Shown here: piece by piece, positions 63,953 to 64,000 of the stretch
Layout: the number at the start of each line of letters is the position of its first letter
Position numbering within the stretch: position 1 is the first letter of the stretch
Source: Octopus vulgaris
Taxonomy: Eukaryota
Assembly: GCA_951406725.2 (NCBI GenBank)
Contig: OX597814.1
Span: 620,001 to 684,000 of the forward strand
Direction: 5' to 3'
DNA length: 64,000 bases
Made by a program: the position numbers and the translations under genes
Notes under the pieces: generated by a model
What the model saw: only the letters and a program-made list of their open reading frames with translations
What the model was told of the DNA's origin: nothing
Databases searched by the model: none

Positions 63953-64000
63953 TATGAAAAGTGAAAAGATTAAAAATCTTATTGAATCTGACTCCCTTCA

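Overview
AT-rich, microsatellite-laden eukaryotic DNA, almost entirely transposon-derived. The SINE families and repeat landscape look like an octopod cephalopod (Octopus); this is recognition from memory, not a database match. No intact host gene is visible, only two candidate minus-strand exons (1345-1408, 24222-24251), so the window is probably intronic or intergenic. Main contents: a full-length decayed Ty3/Gypsy provirus (9242-15221, minus strand) with four nested retroposons; four tRNA-headed SINE families (my labels A, C, D, F); about 30 RTE-type 3' ends with an internal ~55-bp VNTR (label B); fossil RTE and CR1-like LINE ORF fragments; Tc1, mariner and DD37D transposase remnants; clustered TTAA (piggyBac-type) and hAT-type MITEs; several long foldbacks. 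The most striking unexplained signal is a set of short non-coding elements with minimal hammerhead-ribozyme folds. There are at least four sequence classes, some with recurrent non-canonical cores (CUGUKGA, CCGACGA), several sit inside (TA)n tracts, and three motifs lie co-oriented just downstream of a Penelope-like GIY-YIG remnant. A perfect-period 184-bp head-to-tail SINE concatemer and tail-swapping among SINEs are also notable. Most ORFs in the supplied track are microsatellite or repeat artefacts. Repeat boundaries are approximate and only representative SINE copies are listed.
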